DNA from: Octopus bimaculoides
Lineage: Eukaryota
Direction: 5' to 3'
NCBI RefSeq assembly: GCF_001194135.2
Contig: NC_068984.1
Span: 56,382,813 to 56,426,811, forward strand
Length of the DNA: 43,999 bases
The notes under the pieces are model-generated. The model ran no database searches, was not told the origin of the DNA, and saw only the letters and a program-made list of their open reading frames with translations. Positions 1-11,596 of the stretch are shown in pieces. Each line of letters opens with the position of its first letter. Position 1 is the first letter of the stretch. Position numbers and translations under genes: made by a program.

Positions 1-329
1 ATTCCTACATGCTCGAAATGTACATACATGAATATATATTTGTAGAAAATTTCACGAAAAAATATTAATTTTCCTGGAAGTTAAGAAGAATTTAAGTGGA
101 CTCTGTTGGAATTTCTGAAAATTGTCCCCCACCCCCATTCCAAAACACTTTCACCGGAAATTTTTCTATATTCGGATTCTATATAGTAAATACTATATGC
201 ATAGAAAATTTCATTAAAAAATATTCATTTTTCTGAAAGTTATGACCTCCCAAAGTCTGGGGGGGTAAAACCCTGTAGTTATGCCCACGTATTCATTTGC
301 ACACGCGGGTTAGGGTTAGGGTTAGGATC

Positions 330-600
330 GACCACTCAAGACTAGCTTGCGCGTTCGGGTCCGCGCTGCTTTAGTAGTACCGGTGATGGCAATAATGCGA
401 CCCTGAAGAGATGGAGTATCCGGCAATTTATAATTTGTAATTTGTAATATGTTATAATATTTTATGAGACATTTTATGATGTGGTTTATTTATCCTGGAT
501 ACTCTATTGAAATGTGCATAGGTTTGGCTTATTGTTGTTGTTTCTGCTATTATAATTGTTGCTGCAATAAAGTATCTTCAATGCATCGATTTTGAACTCT
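330..600 (+). mobile_element. Penelope-like element terminal (pLTR) remnant
   Basis: Carries the hammerhead motif, followed by an AT-rich tail with AATAAA. This layout is typical of PLE ends. No ORF is seen and the boundaries are approximate. Confidence 0.5.
399..524 (+). ncRNA. Type I hammerhead ribozyme motif (minimal, Penelope-associated type) with an enlarged loop II
   Basis: Stem I GACC(399-402)/GGTT(521-524); core CTGAAGA(403-409); 14-bp stem II 410-423/495-508 with 3 G-U pairs; GAAA(509-512); self-complementary stem III ATGTGCAT(512-519); cleavage triplet AUA ending at 520. Confidence 0.75.
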
Positions 601-649
601 ATATACATATATACATACCAGTCATGCATATATATATATTTTGGCATTG

Positions 650-1507
650 TTTTTATAGTTGAATGCCCTTCCTAATGCCAACCACCTTACAGAGTGGACT
701 GGGTGCTTTTTACATGGCACCAGCAAGGTCTGTTTGACATGGTTTTTATAACTGGATGCCCTTCTAAGTGCTGACCACCTTACAGTGTAGCCTGGGTGCT
801 TTTTACATGGCACTAACACTGGTGGGATTACCGAGTAACTTGCAGGACTGGGGGGATTGGAGGAGTGGGCTTTGTACCAGATGATAAGATGTTACAGTGT
901 GACAGGGACAGAAATAGGTGTCTTGCTGTAGAGTAGATACATGGTTAGTCAGAGAGAGAGAAAGTGATCAAGAATGGGAGAGTGTGTGAGTGCAAGAGAG
1001 AGATGGTCGCAATGTGCCAGGGCATACTCTCAAGATACAAGGATGAGAATATGAATGGGATAGTAGAGTATTGCCAAGAGTGCATGAGTAGGGAGTCTAC
1101 ATGAATGCAAAGAGGTGGCTGGGGAAGAATGCATTGACTGGTGAAGAGCAGGGCACAACAGGATAGCAATGATTTAGTAGGTAGGGCAGTGAGGACAGGA
1201 TTGGGCTGCAGGAGTGTGGAGGAAGAGATAAGCATAGTGCAAGAAAAAGAGGAATTATGAGGAAGAGATGTAGTTTGGTTTATTGGGGTAGGGTGTGTAA
1301 GAAAATATTTTAGTCATGTGGGTAGAACACAGTAATTCCAGAACTCAGTTTCACTGAAGTGGACGGGTCTTCTCAAGAACCTCATATCGCCAGACATCTT
1401 GGTCCATTGTCATCTCCTTTGTTAGGCCCAACATTCTGAGATCAGTCCTCACTTTTTCATCTCATGTCTTCCTGGGTCTCCTTCCACAGGTATCATCCAC
1501 TTTAAGC
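650..1507 (-). mobile_element. RTE-clade LINE 3' end (ORF C-terminus 1507-1351 plus long 3' UTR)
   Basis: The minus strand reads LKVDDTCGRRPRKT*DEKVRTDLRMLGLTKEMTMDQDVWRYEVLEKTRPLQ* (GRPRKTW-type motif). The UTR is homologous to that of the copy at 27.3 kb. Confidence 0.75.
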
Positions 1508-1904
1508 AATAGCAAGACTGCTTGACAAACAAAGCCTTGAGGGAGAAGGCAAACCAGCAACCTATTGAAATTCAGGTTATGAGGAGGGTTGGCTAGGACA
1601 CACCCTATGGAAACTGTCCAATAGACAGTTCAAAGAAGATGAAAGCATGGAAGACAGAAACAATATTAAGAAGGTCCACAGAAATTAAAGCACTTGTAGA
1701 CAGTGACACTTAGGGACAACTGCAATCTTTTGCCAATGATCTAAATAGATGGAGATCTCTTGTTGGTGCCCCATGTTTCACATGGAGTCATAGGAATTAA
1801 CATAACAGCAACATATAATAAACATATATTTTGGCAGTCAATGAGCTTAATGCAATATTAGTAAGCTTAAAATAAGATTAAGTGCAATATCAATGAGATC
1901 ATCA

Positions 1905-2165
1905 TCATCAACATTTAACATCCGTTTTCCATACTGGCATGGCGTGACTGGAACTGGCAAGGCCAGGGGCTGCACCAGGTTCCATGGTCTGTTTTGACTT
2001 GTTTTTTACAGTTGGATGTCCTCCCTAATGGCAATCACTCCACAGACTGCTCTGGGTGCTTTTTACACGGCACCATCACCAGTACATTTTATGTGGCAAT
2101 AACACCAGTGCTTTTTATGAGGCACCAGCACCCACATCAGTGCTTTTTACATGGAACCTTGGTTT
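1905..2165 (-). repeat. Abundant (ATG)n-tailed repeat, derived from the RTE 3' UTR
   Basis: catcatcatc...ttggatgtcctccctaatggcaatcactcc...gtgctttttac units. The same family occurs at 650-860, 12545-12720, 16950-17080, 18960-19280, 27730-27940 and 38175-38560. Confidence 0.7.
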
Positions 2166-2457
2166 TAGGATCTCAGCACCTAATAAAGTAATTAAAAATG
2201 TGATGACAATCAAGCATTTTCTTCACATCAGTTTCAGAGACCCAGTAAAAGATCATGGTTGTAGCCCTTCTTTCTCTGAAGAAGCCATTGAAAAGAAACA
2301 TTTCTAATACTACTTGTAATAAGATTTGAATTGAAAAATAAGCAATCAAGACTCTAGTTCCTTTAACCTCTGAGTAACCATACTTATGTTTTGAAAAATG
2401 TTTAAGCATCTTTATAAGTGATGTTGTTGATAAGTTAAAGTCATTTTGTCTTTTCAG

Positions 2458-2521
2458 ATTAACTGCTATGAGATGTGGGATTATGCGTTTGTCAAGTCCT
2501 ATAAAGTTTCAATATGCTAAA
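2458..2521 (+). CDS. PMVK: PMVK internal exon (64 nt)
   Basis: ttttcag|A TTA ACT...GCT AAA|gtaagt; encodes LTAMRCGIMRLSSPIKFQYAK. Confidence 0.9.
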
Positions 2522-4370
2522 GTAAGTCAAAGTAGTTAGGTTTGTATGTCGTGTATAATTGGTTTCAAATTTTGGCACAATGCCAGTAATTTATGGAGAT
2601 GGGGGTAAATCGATTATGCCGACTCCCAGTGTTCATCTGGTACTTTTATTGGCCCTGAAAGGGTGAAAGGCAAAGTCAACCTTGGTGGAATTTGAACTCA
2701 GAATGTAAAGACAGACCAAATGCCACTAAGCATTTTCCCTGTCAGACTAACGACTCTGCCAGCTTGCTGCCTTATGTTAACAGCAGAGCAGCTAAATATA
2801 TAAGTTTTTGCACTACAATTCCATAGGACTTGTGTTCAGATCCTTAGCAAGTATTTTAATATCATTGTAGACTTAATTCTTTTTCACCTAGTTGTTGAAA
2901 ATAAGTAGCAAACTTTCCACGTTACTTGTTTGAACTAGTACCCAATCAAGGGGTGGAAAGATTTATTTCTATCATACATAAAGCAGATTGGCACAAACCA
3001 TCAAAACTTCTTAAGGTTTTAAAAATATCTGCACAGATATTGACAAAGCTAGTTCAGGTGGTAAAATGCAGCTGACAAGGAACATAACTCTGTTGAATAA
3101 CATTTGGTTAGCTCCACTTCGAGCAGACGTCTTGTCAAACAGTGCTATTTTTTTGTGTATGTAGAGCTACATTTCTAGAGTAATTTGATTGCTATTTCTA
3201 GTAGTTTGAACGAATGCATAGAGGTTACTTTGTTGACTCATTGAAAACACCTTTTCCAGTATTGTAAATAAAAGATGCAATTGACTATTTTTAAAAATTT
3301 GATTTATATAATCATATAATTATTATTGATTTCTCTTTTTTACATCCTGCAGGAAAACAAACTACTGTATGAAAAATTGAATGATTCTTCAGAATATAAA
3401 GAGAAGTACCGAACTGAGATGATAAAATTTGGAGAGGAAAAGAGAAATATTGACCCAGGTTATTTCTGCAAGTTAGCTACATCTGAAGAATACGGAATTG
3501 AGTGTAAGAAACCTATCTGGATTATTAGTGATGCTCGTAGACAAACTGATTTAGACTACTTCTTGCAGAAATATACAGATCGAGTGCAAACTGTTCGAAT
3601 TACTGCCACTGAAGACATAAGAAAAGAAAGAGGATATATATTTACAAAAGGTAAAAATGTGCAATTATCTTATCTTTTTTACTCATGTTGCAAAATTATA
3701 CATATATTGGTTCCATATTTTGACACAAGACCAGCAATTTCTGGGGATGGGTTAAGTCGATTAGATCAACCCCAGTGCTCAACTGGTATTTATTTTATTG
3801 ACCCTGAAACGATGAAAGGCAGAGTTTGAACTCAATGCAAAGACATGAAATGCCACTAAGCAGTTTGTCCAGTGTACTAAGAATTATACATATATTAGCA
3901 GCTGTACTTGTCCTTGCCCAGATATATATGTATGTACACATGCATGCATGCACACATACTCGCATGCACACACATATACACACACTAAGAGGTCTTATTT
4001 ATTGCACAAAAATGGTGGACCAATAAATCAGTCTTATGTGGATTAAGGGCCAATGTTTATCTCCAGTTCTATGGTATTAAGAGGAAATACAAATCCCCCA
4101 TTGCCTGGGTATTTTTAATGACTTTCATTTACTTAACAGAAAAATTGTATTTATACAATTATATCTGGTTTTGTTATTTATCTTGATCTGTGTTTTTTGT
4201 TTACATTTTTCTTTGTCCCTTTTTTTAAAGGTGTCGATGATGCTGCCTCGGAATGTAGTCTGGATGTTGTGGAACATTGGGACTTTATAATTGATAACTG
4301 TGGAGACAGTAACCAACTTAATTCTCAAATTGATAAAATGATTGCTACAGCTTATGAGAAACTCAAATAA
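2458..4370 (+). CDS. PMVK: Phosphomevalonate kinase, animal type; 5'-partial, 3 exons: 2458-2521, 3353-3650, 4231-4370
   Basis: Spliced translation (R)LTAMRCGIMRLSSPIKFQYAK-ENKLLYEKLNDSSEYKEKYRTEMIKFGEEKRNIDPGYFCK...PIWIISDARRQTD...RGYIFTKG-VDDAASECSLD...WDFIIDN...KLK*. It matches the PMVK motifs RLSGPLK, DPGFFC, SDTRR and GVDDAESECGLD. Introns are GT-AG with consistent phases 2/0/1. The P-loop exon (SGKRKSGKD) was not found in the window. Confidence 0.95.
2566..2773 (-). mobile_element. tRNA-headed SINE, family B
   Basis: Reverse complement of the taaggcggcgagctggcagaatcgttag...gagttcaaattcc...ttgtgccaaaatttgaaacc consensus. Other copies lie near 3718-3890, 8220-8310, 9770-9900, 12140-12330, 25149-25310, 26784-27040, 31990-32187 and 42850-42935. 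Confidence 0.75.
3353..3650 (+). CDS. PMVK: PMVK internal exon (298 nt)
   Basis: cctgcag|GAA AAC...ACA AAA G|gtaaaa. Confidence 0.95.
4231..4370 (+). CDS. PMVK: PMVK last coding exon
   Basis: ttttttaaag|GT GTC GAT GAT GCT...CTC AAA TAA. Confidence 0.95.
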
Positions 4371-4491
4371 ACCAATTTTGTTTCTTGGATTTATATCTCT
4401 GAGAGATTCTTTTTTAGAACAGCAACCAGGAAACAGATAAAAGCTATAAATAACAGCATGTAAATATTAGGTTTAAAAAAAATTTTATATA

Positions 4492-4871
4492 CAGGGTGAT
4501 ACATATACAGGTCTCCATACATAGGAAAAATTTATTTTTTTATAAGTAAGTGTATACGATCCCCTAGATTCCCTGATCTGACCCCTCTTGATTTCTATCT
4601 TTGGGGGCATTTGAAAGGCATGGTGTATCATGGAAAAATAAAAGACATAAATCATTTGAAGGAACACATCACTAACTCATTTGCTCACGTATCACCAGAT
4701 GTACTATTATGAGTTCACAATGAGTGGAGTAAACGTATTGCAATGTGTATTCAAAACAATGGTAACCATACAGAATAGAGCCTGTTAAATAAAAAAAAAA
4801 ACTGTTCTTATAAACTGTTTCTTATAAAAAAATAAATTGTTCCTATGTATGGCGACTTTTGAATCACCCTG
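4492..4871 (+). mobile_element. Tc1/mariner deletion derivative (maT/rosa-like), 380 bp
   Basis: About 50-bp imperfect TIRs starting CAGGGTGAT, with TA on both sides. The internal transposase C-terminal remnant reads PRFPDLTPLDFYLWGHLKGMVY...NEWSKRIAMCIQNNGNH. Confidence 0.9.
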
Positions 4872-5779
4872 TATATATACATATCATGTGTTTATGACTT
4901 CTTTAGAGGCTAAATCTAAAACTTTATTACTATTTTTTTACAACTACAATAAATAATGATAACAACAACAACAACAACAGTAATGTTTTTTTATTAACCA
5001 CAAAGCCTGACAAAACGTTTGAGGATGGTATAGGACAATACAGTGTGATATTACATTAAAATGTGTAATCAAGAGAAACATGAAAAAAAGAACTATTGTA
5101 TTGCATATCACTTCCTAGTTGTTTTTTTAACTATTTCATTTCACTAACATCACTAATCCTCTTAAAAAAGACTGAAAAAATTGCTAGTCATCCTAAAGTT
5201 CTCTCTGTTATTTTCTGTATTAGTAGAACTTATACAAATTTAATTGTTATTCACCACTAAAGGTAACAGTGAACAATTTAATTTAAGCAGCAGTTTTTTT
5301 TCATAAGAATATCTTTTATGATATATTTGGACACTTTCATGTAATAAAACATTCTTGGATACATGTTTTCATTTATTTTGATTTGTTGAAATATTGTAAA
5401 CAGGAAATGCATATAATAACCAAAAACAAAAAGTGCCATAAGTTGACTGTGGAAGACATTTATTGTAAAAGTTAGACCTAGTAATATCAAAGGAAAATGG
5501 AGAATTGACTCATCTATTTTTTTATATTCTTTTTATAAAAGTTTTGCTTTTTGCCAATGAATTGATAACTCAAGTTGAATGAGATACTATGTTTAATAGG
5601 GAAATGATGATGACATATCTTTAGTGAAAAAGCTATTGTCTGAAAAATATATTTTGGGAAAAGGTGCTTGTCAAGGCAGAGAAGATTAATATACTTAACA
5701 AGGGAAATCCTTCTTATTTTTGTAAGACTTTCATAAATAAGAATCTATTATTGTAACTACTGTTATACTTGGGAATGAT

Positions 5780-7680
5780 ATAGTTTTAGACAGCTTGGTG
5801 GGCCAATGTACGTGGCAACCACAAGTCATAGTGACGTATGTAGATGGAGGAGGGGTCTGTGTGTGTGATGGTGTTGGTGGTGGTTGCAGTGGAGTAGCAT
5901 TTGTTTTATGGTGTACTGTGAATGTGGGAGGTGTATGAGGTGGTATTGTATCACTGTCTGTGTATGCCAAATTAAGCCTGTCTAATGAGATAGTTTGTGT
6001 GTGTGCGATAGGGTCCCATGTATGGAGGTGTGAGAGAGGTTTTCACTGCATTGTTTTGTAGAAACACATGGGTCCAAGAAGCAATGTTTTTTGGAACTGA
6101 TGATTTAGTGGTTTGGTGTCATGCTGACGTGGGTGGCAGTTCTTGCATGTATTTGCGAAGTCTGTGTATGTATATAGTGGGGTCTTGTGTGGACAGATCT
6201 ACTGGGGCCAACATCTGGCCTGGCAACAAAAGAGGTGTGCCATAAGTTCTGCTGGGGAATAACTAAGATCCTCCTTTATCAAGGCTCGACAGCCAAGAAG
6301 GACTATTGGAAGATATTCTCTCCAATGCTGCTGATTTGGGTAAGCACGCAATGCAGCTTTCATTTGACAGTGGAATCGCTCCACCATACCGTTGGATTGT
6401 GGATGGTAACTGGTGGTTCAAATCCAACATGCACTTATGGTCTTCATGAGGTCATGGAAGAGTTGTGATTCAAACTGTTTTCCATGGTTGGTAGTGATGG
6501 TAGTAGGGACTCCGTACCATGATATCCATCCCATGAGAAAAGCTTTGGCAACAGATTCTGCAGTGATATTTACTAAAGGAATAGCTTCTGGCCAACATGT
6601 GAAACGATCAATGCAGGTAGGTGTACCTCTGGCTGACTGGCCAAGGTCCGACAAGGTTGATGGGTCCATGGTTGAAACGCACATCTGGTGTGTTGAATGT
6701 GCCAAGGGGAGCATGGATGTGCTTATTCACTTTTGAATTCTGAGAGAAAAGGCAGGACCATGACCAAGCAATGATGTCTTGTCTTATATTTGGCTAAAAG
6801 AATCTAGCCAAAATGAGTTTCACTGTGGTGGTGATGCCAGGGTGTGACAGGTTACGCAGTGTACTGAAGACTGTTTGTCTGGGTCTCCGAAACAAAAGGA
6901 CAAGGAGAATTCGTGGAAGTATCACACAAAATCTATGCCCCAGATGTGAGTACTGAGAAGTGCTTGAAGTTGCATGTGGCAAAGGCAGGTGAGGATATAT
7001 CAATTGTCTCTAAGCGAGGCTGATCTTTAGCCAGGCGATGCAGGTCAATGTCTGAGGGTGACAACAGCAAATTCAGTGGTAGGCATGATAAGGCGTCTGC
7101 TGCAGTGTTATCTACACCAGTGATATGGTGGATGTCAGCAGTAAATTGGGAAATGAAATCCAAGTGCCTGGTTTCACGCAGAGAGTACTTGTCAGGCTTC
7201 GAGTGCAGGGCAAAGGTGAGTGGACAGTGGTCCATAAAAATCGTGAATTGGTGTCCCTCAAGTGTGTGCCGGATATGTTTGACTGCTAAATACATAGCTA
7301 ACAGCTCCCATCCGAAAGTTCTGTAGTGAGTTTCAGCTGGTTTAAGCTGCCAAGAGTAAAAAGCAAGAGGCTGGAGTTGTTGCTGGTGACATTTTTGTAA
7401 CACTGCGCTTATGTATGGCAGTGTTGGATGCATCCACTACAAGGGATAGCTGAGCATCCGTGACAGGGTGGACAAGTGATGCCTGAGTGAGTTGCTGCTT
7501 TGCTGTGTTGAAGGAGTCAAGTTGGGTGGAGTCCAACGGTATTGGCTCATTCCTCTTTTTCATATTCCGAAGGAGTGTGTTTAGCAGATATAGGATTTCA
7601 GCTGAATGAGGAACAAAGCGCCGATAGAAGTTGAATAGTCCCAAAAAATGTCGGAGCTTTTGCACTGAAAGAAGTAACAT
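5780..7680 (-). mobile_element. Decayed Ty3/Gypsy pol fragment (RT end, RNase H, integrase)
   Basis: Frameshifted pieces: LRHFLGLFNFYRRFVP, LVVDASNTAI, PLAFYS...ELLAMYLAVKH...DHCPL, HPGITTT (integrase Zn finger), IDRFTCWPEAIP...YGVPTTITTNHGKQFES, MVERFHCQMKAAL and the C-terminal CGCHVHWP. No LTRs were found. Confidence 0.92.
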
Positions 7681-7733
7681 AAAATATTTGTATTATCCAT
7701 TAGTGGGTTGGATTCACAACCCCTAACTTTCTT

Positions 7734-7777
<44 letters not shown>

Positions 7778-8669
7778 ATACGATGAGCTTCTTTCAGTTT
7801 CCATCTACCAAATCTACTTGCAAGGTTTTGGTTGGCCTGGTGCTATAGCAGAAGACACTGAACCCAAAACCACAGTTGGGAAGCAAACTTCTTACCACAC
7901 AACCGCGTCTGTGCCTATATTATTTGATAAAAAAAAGCTACAAATTTATAAGATGATTTGATTCACCCCCAAACTCTTGTAATAATTTTCAATTGACTCC
8001 AATACATGCTTGGAATTTATTTTATCAACCCCATGTGGAGGAAAGACAAAGCTGACCATTACTTCTTTGGACCCTCAATTCCTTGATGTTGTGACATATA
8101 GCATATCTTGAGAATTTTGAGACCTGGCAGAAATCCTCTCTCTACAAGTCTAATTATAGCTAAATTCTCCTAAAAGAGAGATACATAAGAAAACGAGTGA
8201 GAGAAAGGGAAGAATCGACTCCGATACAGGACTGGTACTTTATTTTCCCTACCCTGAAAGGATAAAAGATAAAGATGAACTTGGTTGCGATTTGAACTCA
8301 GAGTAGACATCCTGAACAATGACTTCAAATCAATGTTGATATTCTAATAACAATGTCAATTAACCAGTATAGAATTGAAAGTAGCAGTATTCGAAATTAG
8401 AAGGAAATAACAGAATGAAACTCGTAATTATTTTTAAGATGACAGTCTTACAGTATTTAAAATCAAGCATTCTGAATTCATGATCTGTCACCGATAAATT
8501 GATCATGTGTTGCAAAGGCACTTAATTCCTAAATGACCCAGTTCACCTATGTAAATAAGTACCACAGACAAAAAAAATCGTCTACATCTATTTTTTACAG
8601 CAGTCTAACAGCATCTACAGGAACACTCTCATGTCAAAAGGCCGACACGCGCATCAACATCAACTTCTC

Positions 8670-8853
8670 TTTACTTGCCGTTGCCATGGTCATAAACAAA
8701 CAGAACATACATAGAAGTAACTGCGCATGTGCACACCCTATTACATCAAACATAGACGATCGTAGATAAATAAACTTTTTTTCCGAGTAAATTTTACGAG
8801 AAAAACTGTTCGTTGGTAATCAATTCACTAAATTACACTCTATAAGATTCCAG
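8670..8853 (+). promoter_or_regulatory. Candidate IFT57 promoter and non-coding first exon
   Basis: X-box-like GTTGCCATGGTCAT (8680-8693), NRF1-like TGCGCATGTGCA (8722-8733), local CpG enrichment and a donor ccag|gtaaat at 8853/8854. The IFT57 ATG exon begins at an acceptor (11874), so an upstream UTR exon is expected. Confidence 0.55.
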
Positions 8854-11399
8854 GTAAATTGTATGCTTGCTTTTGTTAATTCTTTTAATTATCCTTGGTT
8901 TTTAAATCTTACTTTCGTCAATCTTACAGCTGTACTTATTCTTCGATGCTATGAAAAAGTTTGTTCAGTATTCTTCACTTGAGTATTCGGCGATCTTTGG
9001 TTTTAACGATCGCCCAAAGATCGCCTGGTATTCTTTCCAACATCTAATCCTCGACCATGTTTCGACGATTTCACTTAACTCATATCGTTAATGCTGTTTA
9101 TGAGGGGAAAACGCAAACTTCACTTTATCTTATTCTTCTTACCTATAAATATGTTAACTGAATTGAGTAACAGCAATGTTTGATATTATTTTTAAATAAC
9201 AAAACCTTGAAAATAAGACATCTTTGATGTAATGAGATGGATGACAGAATTGGTAGAAAGCCGGATAGAATATTTTTTTTCTGAATGAACACCAGGGAAG
9301 TATTGAAAATGATACTTGCTCCAATGCTAGAAATCCATTATTCTACTCAATATATATTTTCCTTCCCTCTATCTGCAACCAGTTTAGTTAGTTATTGTCT
9401 AGCTCCATGTCAGTCCCGATCGTGCAGACCAATGTGTAAAATTGCTCCATCCGTGACTATCCCGTCATTTGATTCAAGTATCACGTTCTCCAATGCGTCC
9501 CCGCTTTTTTAAGACAATAGGATGGGTGTAATTTGAGTGAAATTTGGTTTGGCCTATGAATGGAGTTTATTGCTCAACTCTTCTTAGAATTATCCACTAT
9601 TTAAAGAATTAGAATTATTAACGTCAGTAAATAACATGGAGTTATACCATTCACGCCTGGACATGAGTGAATTGTGCTAAAGCTACAGATAATGCTATAA
9701 TATGTATTTATTTTAATATATTTGTCTTCTACTACAATTCTATTCACTTGTTGGATGCATTAGAGGAATATAAATCGATCCAGTATCAATCAATCAAGCT
9801 GGAAGGATGAAAGGCAAAGTTACCACAGCAGGACTTGAACTCAGAATGTAAAGGACTAAGTATTCAGTCGGACGCTTTAATGATTCTGTCACTCCACTAC
9901 CATATACTGGCTCAAAATATTGTTTGTTTTATTTTTACATAGGTGCAACAAATCCATATTTCTTTTATAGACAGGAGAGATTATGTGATGAAAGTGTCTT
10001 CATGAAATGGCTACATCTAGGAATCAAATGGGTCGCAAATATAGCTCGTTAATAGCTTTTAGTCTAGCCTTGAGCCTTACAATATTTTACCTTACAAATA
10101 TTTTTATTTTCATATATAACATATAAACATATACATCTTTTAGAACATTATCATTTTATAAGATTTCGCTGGCAAATTTTGAAATTAATATAAACATCTA
10201 TTTACATGAAAGAAAATTACTGCAGAACTTTCATCTAATTCTTTCAAATCTTTTTGCAATTTCAGTTGTGCACTAAAGAATAGAATGTAAGCCGAGATTT
10301 TATCGTAGGTTCAAACCTTGGTTGAAACAATTTCCATTCACTTGCTCCACTGATGCCCTTGATAAAGGCATAAATACTGCAAAATCTCATTTTGCAAAAA
10401 AAAAAAAAAAAAAAAATTATGAACTAGTATAGCATTTTATGTCAGTCAAGTTTGAACAACTGTAAGTGATTTTTGGTGGAATCTTATACAATACAATTTT
10501 CACTTCCCATCATTCATCTGCAGAGTCAATAAAATGACTATTAATAAAATTAATATACATCCTTCTTTTTTCTGTGTATGAAAACAATAATATCTTCAGA
10601 TGTTTCAAAGCTAGAGGCTTTTAAAAAAAGTTATAGTTTAACTGTTTCAAATTTGTTTTGGGTCTTATTATTAAAATATTTGAGTTGAATGGATTGATTA
10701 ACATACAAAATAATCTTTATTAATATATAGCGATTATGTCAAAGAATAAAACTGTTGTAACCTGTCTTTTTTTAAATGATGATAAAATTATAAATGAAGT
10801 GAAATATTCAAATCTAAATTTCAGGCCATGCATCAAATATATAAAGTAAATGGTTCTCCAATGAATATTCATTGAATTAGCATGTGAGTGGCTGAATATT
10901 CCAGAGATGTATGTGCCTTTACCATAATCCTTAGGCAGAATCAGCATCGCACAATGTGTGATAAGGCTGGTCCTTTCAATTATAATCTATCTATTGATTT
11001 CCTGTGCAGTTTCTGCCTACCGGATTGCATCAAAGGCTTGATTGAGCAATCACAAGAGAGTGAAATCTTGGACATAATGATTGCAAAGTGAACTTCTTCA
11101 CCATTAAACCATGCTTATGTTCATACTACTCATACACATGTTTTTGTTTAGCCCATGTTAGCTTTGGTGTGGCAGTTTATATAATTCAGAGTCACTCAAT
11201 CCAGTGTTTTCCCCTTTTAACCCAGCTAAAACTACCTCTGGTTCTTTAATATGAACTTCCTGTTTTAAAGTGATTAAAAATCCTTCATGAGAATTTCATG
11301 TTAATTTATGCACCAAATACCAGCTTCATTATGACAAAGTTATTTCATTAAATTCTTCTTGATTTTCAAAATTAATTGTTAAAAAATTTCATATATACA

Positions 11400-11562
11400 G
11401 GCGCAGGAGTGGCTGTGTGGTAAGTAGCTTGCTTACCAACCACATGGTTCCGGGTTCAGTCCCACTGCGTGGCACCTTGGGCAAGTGTCTTCTACTATAG
11501 CCTCGGGCCGACCAAAGCCTTGTGAGTGGATTTGGTAGACGGAAATTGAAAGAAGCCCATCG

Positions 11563-11596
<34 letters not shown>

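Noticed and set aside
3326-3829. 167-aa ORF taken as a complete protein
   Set aside because: It is PMVK exon 3353-3650 with intronic read-through into a SINE. The same applies to ORFs 13464-13856, 22484-22696, 24825-25151 and 29147-29401, which are IFT57 exons.
8634-8693. Divergent gene starting ATGACCATGGCA on the - strand
   Set aside because: It stops after 19 codons (MTMATASKEKLMLMRVSAF*), and no downstream exons were found toward 4400.
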